Shown: one piece after another, positions 1-15,441 of the stretch
Layout: every line of letters starts with the position of its first letter
Numbering within the stretch: position 1 is the first letter of the stretch
From: the human T2T-CHM13v2.0 reference genome, Homo sapiens
DNA: 64,000 bases
Reading direction: 5' to 3' (one strand)
Assembly: GCF_009914755.1 (NCBI RefSeq)
Contig: NC_060936.1
Program-made: the position numbers and the translations under genes
The notes under the pieces: model-generated
Seen by the model: the letters and a program-made list of their open reading frames with translations, nothing else
Told to the model about the DNA's origin: nothing
The model's database searches: none

Positions 1-1339
1 GAAAGAGGAAGAAAAAAAATTAAAAAATAACTCATTCTTTTTTTCCTAGAAAAATGGGGGGTCCTTGATTACGTTAGTGGGTAGTTTCCATTTTCTTGGC
101 ACAGAATTGTCTCTTCATAAACGTTTGTTTAGTGAATGATTACTCTCCTGAATAGTTACTATTTTATAACTTTATTCTTTAATGCACATTTTTGGAGTAC
201 AAAACTTCAGAAATAGAATCAACATTTTTAATAATTGTCAGGCTTCACACAGAAAGAGGAGACTAGTTAAATAAACTCATCTTTGAAAAGGTCTTTTAAG
301 ACTCTCCCCCAACCATCACAAAACACAGGAAGAGGAAGCAGTAAAGCAAACCTGTGGCTTTGGGAGACACCTACTGCCAGAAAGGATTGCAGTTTGGGGT
401 GGAAATATTTCTGATACCCAGGTTGGTGTTGTGCCAATTGTGACAGTTGGCAAATACAACAGTTTTTATTGTATTTGCTTTTAAGAAAATATTCACATCC
501 CTTTGAGTACAGGTTCCCTGTAGTATCTAAATCAATAGTGCCTTTAGACTCCATGTGACATTAATCCAACAAGAAAATCAGGTTCTCGTGCACCCAGATT
601 TCCACTTGTACCTGTCACAATCAATTAAATTGATAGTGATTACAGAGAGATTACTTGGCTTGCTGAAGACCACATGGCCAGGAAGAAGGTTCAAGGCCAG
701 AGCCCAGGCCTTTTGCTCCAGTGTACTTTACATTTACCAGCTGCCTCTGGGCTAGAAAAACTGCAGTTGTGTTTTCTGCTCTTACTTCAAGAGGTTGTTA
801 TATATCATGAGGTTAAGTACCTGATAGTTGTAGGCAGACTGTAATATATACAAATGAAGAGTACTAATATTAAATCTAGCAGATTAACCACAAGCTTTCC
901 TCTCTGTAGACTCAACCAGGCAAATCTGGCCTCTTAAAGTTTGCTGAACTGTCTAATTCCAGGAAAAATCTGCCTTAAAAAATCTCAAGCACCCAAACTG
1001 TGAAAATAAAAATTAAAAGAACTTATGTCCCGTTGATGTTTAAGAATAAACAGACTTTTAGAAAACTCAGTGTTACGGCAAAAAAGAGACTGAAGAAAGA
1101 TATCTGTGAAGTTCAAAATTTTGGGAGTAGTTTTTTCTTTTACCTTTTCATTTTATCGGCCTGCCTGTATCCACAATGGTAATTCTTTATTTTTTTCCCC
1201 TAGGTTTGACTTTTTTTCTCCCAACTCAAGAAAGTCCTACTGAGAGAAAATGCTTTGCAGAATTGTTTAATTATCACTAGATTTCTCAAAAAAAATTGTG
1301 ACAGGGACTAATAATTCAGATTCAATGTTCAGTCTCTTT

Positions 1340-1940
1340 TTTCTACCACAATAGAACCACTGGTTTTTAGCTGTGCACCTGGCTTCTAGAACAAAAACTC
1401 TTATTTACAAACCTACCTTTTAGCCAGGTGTGACCATGTGACTAATCACTGGCCAATGAGATATGAGGAGCAGAGACGTGTTGGACTTCTGAAACTCTTA
1501 CCTCCTGAAAGCGGGTGGGAATAATGTTCCCCCTTTTCCCACCCTCTTTCTTTATCCTGCTGCTCAAAATGTGGATTAAGATGAGCTACTTTGCACCAGG
1601 TAGATGAGAACAGAAACCTGAGGCTGTTGGAACCTGGGTCTTTTTTTGCATGTGACGGGGTTTTGCTCTGTTGCCCAGGCTGGAGTACAGTGGCATGATC
1701 ATAGCTCACTGCAGCCCTGAACTCCTGGTCTCAAGTTTTCCATCCTGCCTCAGTTTTCCAAAGTGTGAGGACTACAGGTGTGAGACACTACATCCAGATG
1801 AGCCTAGATCTTTTAATGCATTTGCAAAACAGGGCTGTCCTACCAGCTTTCATGACTAGAAAGAAATGAACTTCTGTCTTAAGACACTGCTATTTTGGGC
1901 CTATTAAACATATAGCCAAATTTATATATACCCAATATAA
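1340..1940. mobile_element. Old ERVL-class LTR remnant (LTR33/LTR16-like), interrupted by an Alu monomer
   Basis: Motif gaccatgtgactaatcactggccaatgagat and a decayed LTR-like end near 1880-1940; boundaries approximate. Confidence 0.4.
1641..1800 (-). mobile_element. Fossil Alu monomer (FAM/FRAM-like)
   Basis: Poly-T followed by gctctgttgcccaggctggagtacagtggc; single arm only; degenerate TSD gaacctgggtcttttt / gagcctagatcttttt. Confidence 0.75.
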
Positions 1941-1987
1941 ATGCAGAGAAGGTGGCAGATTATTTTCAGATCAGAAATGAGTTTGAG

Positions 1988-2268
1988 GGCTGGGCACGGT
2001 GGCTCATGCCTGTAATCACAGCACTTTGGGAGGCCGAGGCAGGTGGATCACGAGGTCAGGAGATTGAGACCATCCTGGCTAACACGGTGAAACCCCATCT
2101 CTACTAAAAATACAAAGTATTAGCCGGGCGTGGTGGCCTGTCCCTGTAGTTCCAGTTATTCAGGAGGCTGAGGCAGGAGAATCACTTGAACCAGGGAGGC
2201 AGAGGTTGTGGTGAGCCAAGACTGTGCCACTGCACTCCACCCTGGGTGACAGAGTGAGACTCCGTCTC

Positions 2269-2301
<33 letters not shown>
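1988..2301 (+). mobile_element. Full-length Alu (AluSc/Y-like)
   Basis: GGCTGGGCACGGTGGCTCA start, dimeric body, long A tail, 14-bp TSD AGAAATGAGTTTGA (1973-1986 and 2302-2315). Confidence 0.95.
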
Positions 2302-2302
<1 letters not shown>

Positions 2303-3467
2303 GAAATGAGTTTGAAATAAAATAATGATAAAATAGAATAAGAAAATTATCTTGTCCATATACTGACTATTCTATGGTGGCTAAACTTACAATAATGACT
2401 TGAATATCTGTTGGTGGACAAAAGCAAAGAGAGAATTCAAAACTCTGTGAATCAAGATTTATTTTATTACATATTAGCACCAAAAAACTAGGTATTCAAG
2501 TCTTCCATAATAATTTCATTCAGGTCAGGTCTATATTTCAAGCAATGGGCATTACTGATGAACTGTTTCATCGGACAACAACAATCAACTATCTAATTTA
2601 TCTCGTGTTTGAGAGAAGAATGCTTGCTGTTAATGAGGAATTCTATCTTCTCAAGATGAGGGCTTTAGAAGGAATATCTGACCTGTTAATAGTTTGAAAA
2701 GACTTTAAGCCAATCTCAAGTCGCAGTAAATCTCAAACTTTGTAATTAAAATTAAGCAAATGTTCATGCATCGTTTTTAATTTGTGTTGTATTGAAAAGC
2801 TTAGGAAAAGAAAACTATGTGAGGAGATTAGGAGCCAGGGTGGGCAAGCCTGAATCTCACAGCGAGGAAGGAGGAACCAAAGTGTGATGAATCTTACAGA
2901 GTGTGATGATAAAGTTATGAGATAGACACCCATGAGAATAAATGAACTTGCCTTACAGACTAGATGGTTGCAACTTCATAGCTTCCTAGGGAATTTTACT
3001 ATGTTTACTATCTTACTTACATAGTTTGTTTTTAGCCTATGTCAACCATATAGGCTATCAAACATGTGGCAAAGCTAGACGTTTTAATTTCCTGCCTTTC
3101 CCAAAGTAACAAGTTAGTTCTTTTCCAGTCTGTATGATGGTTTGGAAAATACAATAAACTAAACATACTCTTGCAGACACATGTGTGTGTACACACACAC
3201 ACACCTGCTCATCTATAGTAAATGTCTCTTGATTTTGATGAAGCACTGGATGCCGTGCTTGTATATTTCCTTACACATTCACTAATGTGGTCCCCACCAC
3301 TATCTGTGAGGTGGGTATTTTATTATCCCCAACTTATAGATGAAGAAACAGCGACCATTTTTTGAGTGCTCTCTATGTATAGAGTGCTTCAAATACATCA
3401 TTCCATTATTTAAGTATGTATTTTGATGTATTTAGTTTTTAATCTTTAAAGCCAGGTACACTGAGTG

Positions 3468-3759
<292 letters not shown>

Positions 3760-4072
3760 AATTTTTGGTTTTTATGAAGGTGATTTTTGGGTGTAGATAG
3801 TTGTTAAATTGGTGTCCTTGTTGGGGAATGATTGGTAGAGACTTCTATTCCTCTATCTTGCCAAAAATCTCCTAATTTTTAAATTGTATATGTTTAAGGC
3901 ATACAACATGATGTTTTGACATAGTGAAATAATTACTACAGTCGAGCCAATTACTATATCCATTGTCTCACATAATTACCTTTTTTAATGTCGTAAGAGC
4001 ACCTAAAATCTACTCTCTTAGGAAATTTGCAGTATACAGCACAATATGATTAACCATAGTCTTCATGCTGGA

Positions 4073-6429
4073 CAGGTATATCTTGTTTTATTGCACTTCA
4101 CAGATATTATGTTTTTTACCAATTAAAGGTTTGTGTGGCAACCCTGCTTCAAGCAAGTCAATGGGCACCATTTTTCCAACAGCATGTGCTGACTTCATGT
4201 CTCTGTTTCACATTTTGGTAATTCTGGCAATATTTTAAACTTTTTCACTATTATATCTGTTATGGTGATCTGTGATTAGTCATCTTTGATGTTACTATGG
4301 TAATTGTTTTGAGGCTGCATGAACTATGCCCATTTAAGATGACAAACTTACTCAGTAAATATGTGTGTTTTGACTGCTCCATCAGCTTGTGCCCCCATCT
4401 CTCTCCCTCTCCTTGGGTCTCCCTATTCCCTGAGACACAGCAATATTGAAATTAAGCCAGTTAATAACCCTACAATATCCTCTAAGTGTTGAAGTGAAAG
4501 AAAGAGCTGTATGTCTTTAAATGAAAAGCTAGAAATTATTAAGCTTAGCTTGGAAGACATGTTGAAAGCTGAGATAGGCTGAAAGCTAGACGTCTGTGCC
4601 AAGCAGTTAGCCAAGTTGTGAATGTAAAGGGAAAGTTCTTGGAGGAAACTAAAAATTCTATTCCAGGAAACACACAAGAAAGCAAAACAGCCTTATTGCC
4701 TATATGGAGAAAAGTTTGAGTGGTCTGAATAGGAGATCCACCCAGCTACAACATTTTCTTAATACAAAGCCTAACTCAGAGAAAGGCTTTAACTCTCTCC
4801 AATTCTGTGAAGGCTGAGTGAGGTGAGGAAGCTGCAGAAGAAAAGTTTGAAGCTAGTAGCAGTTGTTTCGTGAAGTTTAAGGAAAGAAGCCATCTCTATA
4901 ACATAAAAGTGCAAGGTGAAGCACCAAATGCTGATGTAGAAGCTGCAGCAAGCTCTCTAGAAGATCTAGCTAGGATCATTGATGAAAGTGGCTACATTAG
5001 ACAGCAGATTTTCGATGAAGATGAAACACCCTTTTATTGAAAGAAGATGCCATCTAGGACTTTCATCACTAGAGAGGAGAAGGCAATGCCTGACTTCAAA
5101 GTGACAAAGGACAGGCTGACTCTCTTGTTAGGGACTAATGCAGCTGGTGACTTTAAGTTGAAGCCTATGTTCATTTATCATTCTGAAAATTCTAGGGCTC
5201 TTAGGAAGTATATCAAATATACTCTCCCTGAGCTTTCTGAATGGAACAACAAAGCCTGAATGATAGCCCATCTCTTGACAGCATGGTTTAATGAACATTT
5301 TAGGCCCATTGTTGAGACCTACTGTTCAGAAAAAAGATTCCTTTCAAAATGTTACTGCTCATTGACAATGCACCTAAGTTGCCCAACAGCTCTGATTGAG
5401 ATATACAAGGAAATTAATGTTTTCATGCCTGCTAACACAACATCCATTCTGTAGCTCATGAACTAAGAAGTAATTCTGACTTTCAAGTCTTATTATTTAA
5501 GGGATACATTTTATAAGACTATAGCTGCCATAAACAGTGATTCCTCTAATAAATCTGGGTGGAGTAATTAAAAATCTTCTGGAAAGGATTCAGCATTTTA
5601 AATGTCAGTAAGAACATACTTCGTGATTCACGAGAGGAGGTCCAAATATCAACTTTAACAGGAGTTTGGAAGAAGCTGATTTTTAACTCTCATGGATTAA
5701 TTTGATGGGTTCAGGACTACAGTGGAGGAAGTACTGCAGATGCGGAAATACAGAGCTAGAATTAAACAGAGCCCAAGCATATGACTGAATTGCTGCAATC
5801 TCATGATAAAACGAACAATTGAGGAGTCACTTCTTATGGATGAACAAAGATTTCTTGAGGTGCAATCTGCTTCTGGTGAAGATGCTGTGAACATTGTTCA
5901 AATGACCATAAAGGATTTAGAGTATTACATAAAGTTAGTTGATAAAGCAGTGGTTTGAAAGGGTTGACTCTAATTCTGAAAGAAGTTCTACTGTGGGTAA
6001 AATGCTATCAAATAGCATTGAATGCTACAGAGAAAACTTTCATGACAGGGAGAGTCAATCCATTTGGCAAACTTCATTGTCTTGTTTTAAAAAATTGCCC
6101 CAGCCACCTGAACCTTCAGCAATCCCCACCCTCATTGGTCAGCAGCCATTAACACTGAGGCAAAACTCTCCATCAGCAAAAAGATTACAACTTGCTGAAA
6201 GACTCAGATGATCATTAGCATTTTTTAGCAATACAGTATTTTAAAATTAAGGTGTGGACATTGGTTTGTGTAGACATAATGCCATTGCACACTTAATAGG
6301 CTAAAGTATAGTGTAAATGATTTTATATGCACTAGGAAACCAAAAAATTCATGTGACTTGCTTTATTGCCACATTTGCTTTATTGCAATGATCTGAAATC
6401 AAACCTGCAGTGTCTTCAAGGTATGCCTG
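4073..6429 (+). mobile_element. Near full-length Tigger1 DNA transposon (pogo/Tc1-mariner), transposase decayed
   Basis: TIRs CAGGTATATCT...AGGTATGCCTG with TA on the right; fragmentary transposase ORFs at 5047-5454 ([12 protein letters not shown]...[19 protein letters not shown]) and 5939-6211. Confidence 0.93.
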
Positions 6430-6707
6430 TAGTTTAGAGCCCTAGATTTATTCATTCTACATAACTACAACTTTGTAATCTTTCACCCACCTTTTCCTAT
6501 CTGTTCTTTTCTTCCCTGCCACCTCTAGTAAGCACTGTTCTACTCCATTTTTGTGTATTTGACTTAAAAAAAAATCCACATATAAAAGAGATCGTGCAGT
6601 ATTTTTCTTTCTGTGTCTGGCTTATTTTTATTAACTTAACCTGTCCTCCAATTTCATCTATGTTATTACAAATAGCAGGATCTCCTTTTTAAAACCTGAA
6701 TAATATT

Positions 6708-6870
6708 CGTTTTAAATATTTATTTATTTTTTAATTTCAATAGCTTTTGGGGTATAAGTGGATTTTGGTTACATGGATGAATTGTATAGTGGTGAATTCT
6801 GAGATTTTAGTGCACCCATCACCCGAGTAGTGTACATTGTACCTAAAGTGTATTTTTTTTAATCCTTGGA
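6708..6870 (-). mobile_element. Short 5'-truncated L1PB-like 3' end nested in the older L1
   Basis: ttttggttacatggatgaattgtatagtggtgaa...cacccatcacccgagtagtgtacattgtacc; degenerate TSD aaacctgaataatatt / aaagctgaatagtatt. Confidence 0.7.
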
Positions 6871-9704
6871 AAGCTGAATAGTATTTTAATATATACATGT
6901 ATACACACCACAGTTTCTTTATCTAGTTATCCATTGGTGGGCATTTAAGTTGTTCACATATCTTGGCCTACATAAGACCTGGACTGTAGAACTCCTAGAA
7001 GAAAACACAGGAAAAAGTTCTGTGATATTAGTTTTGGCAATGATTTTTAAAATATAATACCAGAAGCACAGGCAACAAATGCAAAAATAAACAAATGGGA
7101 CTACATCAAACTAAAAAGCTTCTGTCCAGCAAAAGCAACAATCAATAATATGAAAAGGCACCCTATGGACAGGGAGAAAATATTTGTGAACCATATATCT
7201 GATAAGTGGTTAATACCAAAATATACAAGTAACTCACACAGCTCAGTAACATAAAGACAATCCAATTAAAAATTAAGCAAAGGACCTGAATAGGCATTTC
7301 TTTAGAGAAGACATACAAATGGCCAAAAGGTATATGAAAAGATGACCAACATCCTTAATCATCTGGGAGATGCAAACTGGATATCACCTCACACATGTTA
7401 GGATGACTGTTACCAAATGACACGAGATAACAAGTGTTAGCAAAGGCATGGAGAAAAGGGAACCCTAGTACACTGTTGATGGAATGTAAATTGGTATGGC
7501 CATTATGGAGCACACTATGGAGGCATTAAAAAGTAAACATAGAATTACTATATGATCCAGCAATTCTACTTCTGGGTATATACCCAAAGGAAGTGAAATC
7601 AGTACCTTGTAAAGATATTTGCACTTCTGGGGCAGCATTGTTCACAACAGCCAAGACATGGATACTTTATCCCGTTTAGTATTTACCTCTGCAGTAGCAT
7701 TTACACCCTTTTTACAGATGAAAGAACACTGAGTCCAAGAGAGGGGAAGTAATGTGCCCAAGGGTGCACAATGGGATTCATCTCTGTCATCACCCAGTCT
7801 GATGCCTCTTCACAAGCCTGCTCCTGCCTCTCCGTCATGCCTCACTACCTCACCACCCCACACAAACAGCCTCAAGAGGTTAAGGAACCAACCCGTCTCA
7901 GAATTATCTGACAGTTGAATGAAGAATTCTGACTTTGGCCTCTATCTACTTTTAAAGACTGTGTTGGTTATTATGTGCTAACTGAAAGCAATATTCGACT
8001 ATTATTTTTAATGGTAGATTAAAATAGAGGATGGAAATAAATAAGAAGTAAACACTTTGGTAAATTTTGCTTGCCAACATTTATTCTGAGCTGAGAATTT
8101 CACGCGCAATTGATGTCTAATAATATACACATTCAAAAGAAATAAATGAAATAAGGAATAAATGAAAAGAGCAAAATGCGCATTTAACCCTGCCCAGCCA
8201 TTCTTTTGGACACCGGTGGTGCGGATGCAAATATGGATCTACATGTTTCAGTGGAGTTACATTTAGGGTTCACTTATTATTTAATTTAGTATATATTAGA
8301 ATTGAGCACATATTTCATAAATCACATTACATAAACATGTGAGGCTAGGACCCCTGTATGACTCATCATTGTAGTTACTAGAATGCCCAGCAGAGAACCT
8401 TGCAGGCTTGTATAATAATGAGTGAAGAAGAATGCATCTTCAACTTTCTAAATCCTGGCTCAGTTTTTTTGTTACATTTAGTTATACATGCGGTGTAAAG
8501 GAGACATTTGAGATAATTATCAAAAAATAAATAATAATTGTTTCTACTCCCAATTTTTTGTAACATCTACATTATTAAAGCAAAAAATTATTTCAGGTTT
8601 TTAGTTTTTATAGAAGAAAATGTTCTTAGGGTTCTGCTTTGGTTTTATTTAGTCATTGTGAAAATTGCCTCATGTTTACTTTGTGTAGATGTCCCAGATA
8701 ATTGTGAATATTTCTTTAACCAGGTCATCTGGCCAGTGGTAATGTTGAGTCATAAGGAGAGGTCATGAAAGTTAAAGAATGCTGAGTCATTGTCTTTTTT
8801 GCAATCCAGTGAATATGTTCTTAAGGATTATTATTATTTTTTGAACCTATGTTGAAAGCAGTAATATAAGACCTCTAGCTATTTCTTGCTCTGAATCATG
8901 TTTGGCAAAGCCAGACATTGTGAGGATAAACACTATGCTCTATTTGTGGCTTTCAGTTCTCATCTGAAAAATTATTGAGGATTCCAGTCACGGCACATCC
9001 CAGAGCAGAAATTGTCAGACACACTGTTGTCAATGTGCCAAATATTCCTAGGAAGTCTGCAAGTTTTTTATGCCGGAAAATTACATTGTGAAGAACAAAT
9101 TCATCTTTTTTTTTCCTACGGTGGACAATAGTTGAATTGAACCAAGAGAATCTTGTCAGGGATTTCTTGATAAAGGGCTGCACTGCTTCCACATCTAGGC
9201 TTAACCCCTTGGAGAACATCCTTGATAGATTTATGCAGAAAATGCAGGCATGCTAATGAGGTGAAACTGCAAGACACACTCAATAGAAACACAATGAATT
9301 CTTGAGCTAATTGCTACCAGTCTGACTTAAGTAAGTTAAGTGAGAAGCATGGTAGGTGCTCTTCTACCCTGAAAATCCTGTTTGCTCTTCCGAAAAATGC
9401 CAAAGTCACGAGATTACAATTTTTTTAAAGCCCCAGCAGTGTGTCTCAAAACAGGAGGGAGAGTTCTAATTGGAATAATTTTTTCTTTTAAAATAATTTT
9501 ATTTCAGGTGCCATGTTAATGACTTTCCAGTAGTAAAATCCCAAAACAATGAATAAAATTTCAGTAAGATTATTCTAACTCTATCCCCTTTTGCATGAAA
9601 AAGTGGAAAACATTCTATGGAAGAAAGTAATAGTTAAGCACAGTAATTTGTTATGCAGCAAGAAAAAAACCAATGCAACCTACTGTAGACCAAATTTTTT
9701 TTCT

Positions 9705-10490
<786 letters not shown>

Positions 10491-10693
10491 TCAATCTACA
10501 GCATATTAATTCTCTGCCCTTAGTAACAAGTATAATAAATTTGTTACTTGTCTTGGGAGGATTAAGTGTCAAAGGGGCTGACTGAATTTTTAAATTTTCA
10601 ATAAATATTTTGCATTTATGTAGTCATAGTTTAAGGCTACTCATTTGAATGCCGAATAGATATTTCAGAGTCATTCAAATAACTGATGGCCAT

Positions 10694-11253
10694 TGTGAAC
10701 CCCAAATATCTAAAACAGGTATCAGTCAATTTAGAAAGTTTATTTTGCCACGGTTAGGGGCACACCAATGACACAGCCTCAGGACGTCCTGTTGATATGT
10801 GCCCAAGAAGGTTGGGGTACAGCTTGCTTTTATACATTTTAAAGAGACATAATACATCAATCATTATGTGTATGATTTACACTGGTTTGATTTGGAAGAG
10901 TGGGACAACTCAAAGAGTAGGGGCAGGGCATCCGGGTCACAGGTAGATTTAAACATACTCTGCTTTCAATTTCAATTTCAATTGGTTAAAAGAGTTATTA
11001 TCAGTTGAAAGGAATGTCTGGGTTTTATCATGTGGATGAAGCCTCTAAGTAGAGAGAAGACTGTAAATATTTCTTATCAGACTTAAGATTTGTGTTGATG
11101 TTAGTGGTGGAGGGGTATGATAACGCATGTCCAACTCCTACATCCTGACATGGCCTGACCAGTCTTTTGGATTAAATTTTATGGTACCATGACTGAGGAG
11201 GGAGTCCATTCAGACGGTTGTGGAGGGCCTTTGAATTTTATTTTTGGTTTACA
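10694..11253 (-). mobile_element. MER4-family ERV1 solo LTR
   Basis: TG...CA termini, 4-bp TSD CCAT (10690-10693, 11254-11257), minus strand begins TGTAAACCAAAAATAAAATTC. Confidence 0.85.
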
Positions 11254-12789
11254 CCATCAATGCATTTGTGACATTCATAGGAGGCATGGAATCTGTAAGG
11301 GACAAAGTTTGGGTAGGCCAGCATTTTGTTGAGGAAGGAAAGTTTTTAAGTGATGCGTAGCAGTTGTAATGGGAATCCAGAAACAACCACACAGGAAAGG
11401 ACATTTAAATACCATCACTTGGCCTGAAAACAATTCTTTTCTCCACTTAACATTCACCATCCTAGAAGGCATTCTTGGAGTGTTCTGAGTCACAGGGAGC
11501 CTCTTGGACAATTAGGTCATGTTTCCCTAATGTAAGAATATGTTTAAGAACATACAGGAACAGAAATAATAAGAGTATTAGATTTAGAATTACTGAATGC
11601 TTTATATAAGAAAGAGGAGAATTTGAACTAAAACAGCACAGTCATTAAGATCAGTGATTTTTGGAGAGCTAAGATTGAACCATGAGAGAAGTTTTTTTAA
11701 TGTACATTATAACATCATTTTAAGACAGTTAAAATATCAGCTAAAACATTTTAAGTCTTTGGAAAGGATTCATACTAATATAATTTATAACACTAATGGG
11801 AGTTTTATTATCCATTATGAAATTATTTGACACCGTTACCAATCTAAAGGCAGGAAAAGGTTACTTCTGAAATATAATTAACCTGTTTTCACTTGGGAAG
11901 AATAGGAAGTTAAAAATAGAGTTATGATCTTCATCTGTATCTTTGGGCAGATTCCCCTCATGAATGAATGGAAATTTCATAGAACAATGGAGGCTGCCAC
12001 ATTACTAATTTTCTAGTAGAGCTGTTCAAATATAGATGGTCTGAAGTTCTCTTTTAATAGAGCATACATAATAGAATCTAGAGTCCATGTCTAATTTGAA
12101 AGTTATTCTTTTGACTCAACTTCATTAAGGGTATTCAGGGTATTGGCTTAAAGAGAGGGCATAGAGCAAATACTTGACAAACACTTCCTGGGTACAATGA
12201 CAACAGACAGTGAGGAGAAAGTGGATAGGGTGGCTGCTTCCAATTCATCTCCACAGATCTTGAAATTGGGAGTTTCCTGACACTCTTCAATTTCTACCCT
12301 AAGGCCACAGAGATCTTTTAAAAATCCCAATTATTAAATGGAAGCTCAGACTTTTTTGTTAAAGTTCACATCAAGTGCGCATGTCTGGCCTGTCAACATC
12401 TGTCCCCTGTTGGGCCCTCTGGCCTCAGCTCCCCCTGCAGCTGCACTCAGTCTTTGGTCATCCCTCTGGCCATTTCCAGACGTCTGCCTCCAGGCCTTCT
12501 CAGTGTTGTTGCCTCTGGCTCCAGCGAACCACATTTTTCGTCAGAGCGTGGTTGGTTCAGTTGACCCTATAGGATTGACTCCTGTAGGAAGCCTACCCAG
12601 AGTGTCAGTCTAATTGAAACATCTTGTTCTGTCTGTGCTACCCTTTCCAGCGGTACTTAGGCTGTGAGTAATTGACTCATGAACTGCTTTCCTTATTAGA
12701 TAGTGATTTCCCTGAGAGCAGGATTACTCACTCAACTTTGTGTCCCTGAGACTAGTGTGCCTGATGCTATCCTAAAAGACTTATATTAA

Positions 12790-12980
12790 TTTCATAATTC
12801 TTAAAATACCCTAGTGAGGCAGGTATTTAATCTCCATTATATCAGTGAGGAAACTGAGGCTCAGAGAGGTTAAGCAACTTACTCAAGGCCACAGAGCCAG
12901 TAACAGGTAGAGCTAAGATATGAACACCCAGGCAGCCTGGCTTCAGAGCCTGTTCCCTAATCTTATGCTCTACTGCCTTA
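12790..12980. mobile_element. MIR fragment (within L2 remnant)
   Basis: MIR core gaggaaactgaggctcagagaggttaagcaacttactcaaggccacagag. Confidence 0.8.
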
Positions 12981-14774
12981 CTAGTGCTTGGCATAGTGAG
13001 TCCTCAGTGCATTATGGTTGGGTGAATGACTGGATGATAGAGGAGGGTAACACTGAGGCAGAGAGGCCCCCCTGATTGTGGGCCGGTGTATAGGCTCAGA
13101 GAGCAATTACACAAGTTTCCATTAGAATAGAGATGGTTGGAATGAAGAGGAGATTTTCTGGGGAAGCTATTTTACTATCTCTACCAAATTCATGATTTTA
13201 GTTTCCTGTAGTTCATCCTGGACTGTCCTTGAGGTCAGGAGATCCTCTGATATGTGTAAGGACATGAATTAAACAGTTTGAAGAAAAAAACATGCCAAGT
13301 CAAAAAAATCACTAGTTTTTCAGGTGCAGAATGTTTTTACTAATATACACACTTGGAAGCATGTAGTCGAGTAAAAAGAAAATATTAACACCTTCTTTGC
13401 ACCCATTGCTCTTCCACGTCCTGTGGAAGATGCACAAAACAGCAGAGGCAGTGCCTGAGTTTGACTGCAATGTGTTCCAGTGCATAAAACAAATCATTTT
13501 CACATAGAAAAAAACCATGCTGTAATTGGATATGTGCTTCATATTCAGCTCTGAGTACCATAGCATTATAAACATTATTAACAATATGATAAAGCTACAG
13601 CTACCATAAATACTTATAATCATTTCAAATAATAAAATTATAATCCAAAATGCTGTAAAAATGAGCATAAAGGTACCATATACTGTGATGGTAGTTGAGG
13701 CTCTAATATAGTATCAAGTATATACATAACACTTAAAAATATAATTCTCTTCTATCATAAATTTGACTGAAAACTAATATGACAGCTTTGATTAACATTA
13801 AATATTTAATTAGCAATAATTTTCTATGCCTTCTAGGAGTGTAGAAGGGCTCTGCTGGAATAATTGGGATGACCCATGTTCTTAAAAGCCCTGTCCAAGG
13901 AAGTTCTTCTAATGCCATCTTTTTTCCTTCCTGAATTTTGGTGTAGCAAGCAGAGACATTGGAAATAATTCTACTCCCTTATATTGGCCTCAAAGTACTG
14001 CAGTAGTTACTGAAATGTTGTTGAAGATTTTAAGGTAATAAGGCTGCAGTTTGTCCCACTGCAAAGCATTTAAGAAATAGTTACAATTAACCCTCACATT
14101 CTCCGCTTCCCCGCTTTCACTGCTTCTACCTTTTCAAAGTAATAAGTGTATTTGCTTTGATTCAGACCCACTTAAAGCAACAGTGAGAGCTTAGTCTCTT
14201 CGCGGTGTCCTGATGCTAGTGAATGAATAACATCAGGTGATAAGAGTGGGTTGGAGTGAGGTGAAAGGTAGAGAATTCTTATAAAATCATGGCTTCTGCT
14301 CCCAAAGTGCTTAGGGAGATTCAACATATTCCTGGTTAACAGTCATGAACTCTGTGGTATGGAATTCAATGCAATAGGTATTGAGAAAAGGCAGGGAGGC
14401 ATGTTGTTGCTGGAGTAGTCTGAAAAGGTTTTGGGAAGAAATTGAACACTGACCTGGACCATGAAAGATGAATAAAGTCTGCACATTGACACAGGTAGAA
14501 GAAAGGCAGATAGAATTTCCAGAGCAGGACATGGCCTAAGCAGAGAAAGAGCTGCCTCAAATTTTCACTACGTGAGCTGACATGCACAGATAATAGCGGG
14601 ATCCCATTAGAATGAACCACATCTCAGGGTCTAGCTGCAACACCAGAGAGATTTTATTTCTTGTCTGCCTTTGACTATGACCAGTTTTGTCTATAATTAT
14701 TGCAAATGGTTACAATCTGTTTTTATGGAAACCAATTTAAGTATTAGATATTTGTTAATCTCTATTTAATTTTC

Positions 14775-15265
14775 TAGAATATGTTACTAATTACCATGAT
14801 GTTTAGAATATTACAGCAACAAATATCTATTATCTCACGTCATTTATAAGGGTCAGGAATCCAGGAGCAGTGTGGCTGGCTGGTTCTGGCTCTGGGTCCC
14901 TGATGAGGTCACAGTGAAGCTGTTGACCAGGCTGTAGTCTTCTGATGGCATGAAGGATCCACTTTCAAGCTCATTCATATAGATGTTGGCAGGAGGCTTC
15001 AGTTCCTCACCATGTGGGCCCCTTCATAGGGAAGGTCATGACTTGGCAGTTGAACATGCTGAGCATGTGATCCGAGAGAGTGAAAGCAAGACAGAGCAAC
15101 CAAGATGGAAACTGTAGTGTCTTTTATAATTTAATTTCAGAAGTCACATAACCTCACCTATGCTTTATTTTGTTGGTCACACAGACCAACCCTGGTACAA
15201 CGTGATAAGAAACTATACTGGGGGTGGGGTTTATCAGAGACCATATTGGAGACTGGCTACCACAG
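14775..15265. mobile_element. MLT1 (ERVL-MaLR) LTR remnant
   Basis: gggtcaggaatccaggagcagtgtggctggctggttctggctc and ggcaggaggcttcagttcctcaccatgtgggc; boundaries approximate. Confidence 0.65.
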
Positions 15266-15441
15266 TCTGTATAACTTCCATATAAATTAGCATTGATACA
15301 TATGTAGTGTTTCAGTAGGAAAGAGTTAGGATAGCTCATCCAACAACTGCAGACTCATAGAGAGTCTTTGAAACTGTGTTCTAGTCTTGTGATTCTAATG
15401 TTCTAGGAATTTTAGGATTATAACAGAAAGCACTCATGGGT

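Larger units (their letters stand above)
3870..7662 (-). mobile_element. Old L1 (L1MA/MB-like) 3' portion with an inverted 5' segment (~6970-7662 on +); hosts Tigger1 and an L1PB-like fragment
   Basis: Minus-strand L1 3' UTR motifs at 3870-4072 and 6430-6968; plus-strand ORF2-end motifs (ctcctagaagaaaacacagg, gactacatcaaactaaaaagcttctg) at 6970-7662. Confidence 0.75.

Noticed and set aside
3178-3204. TGTGTGTGT-ACACACACA palindrome
   Set aside because: Common junction of short (TG)n and (CA)n tracts; too small to be notable
5047-6211. Transposase-like ORFs as a domesticated TIGD gene (likewise 46749-47804)
   Set aside because: Many stops and frameshifts; ordinary decayed Tigger copies
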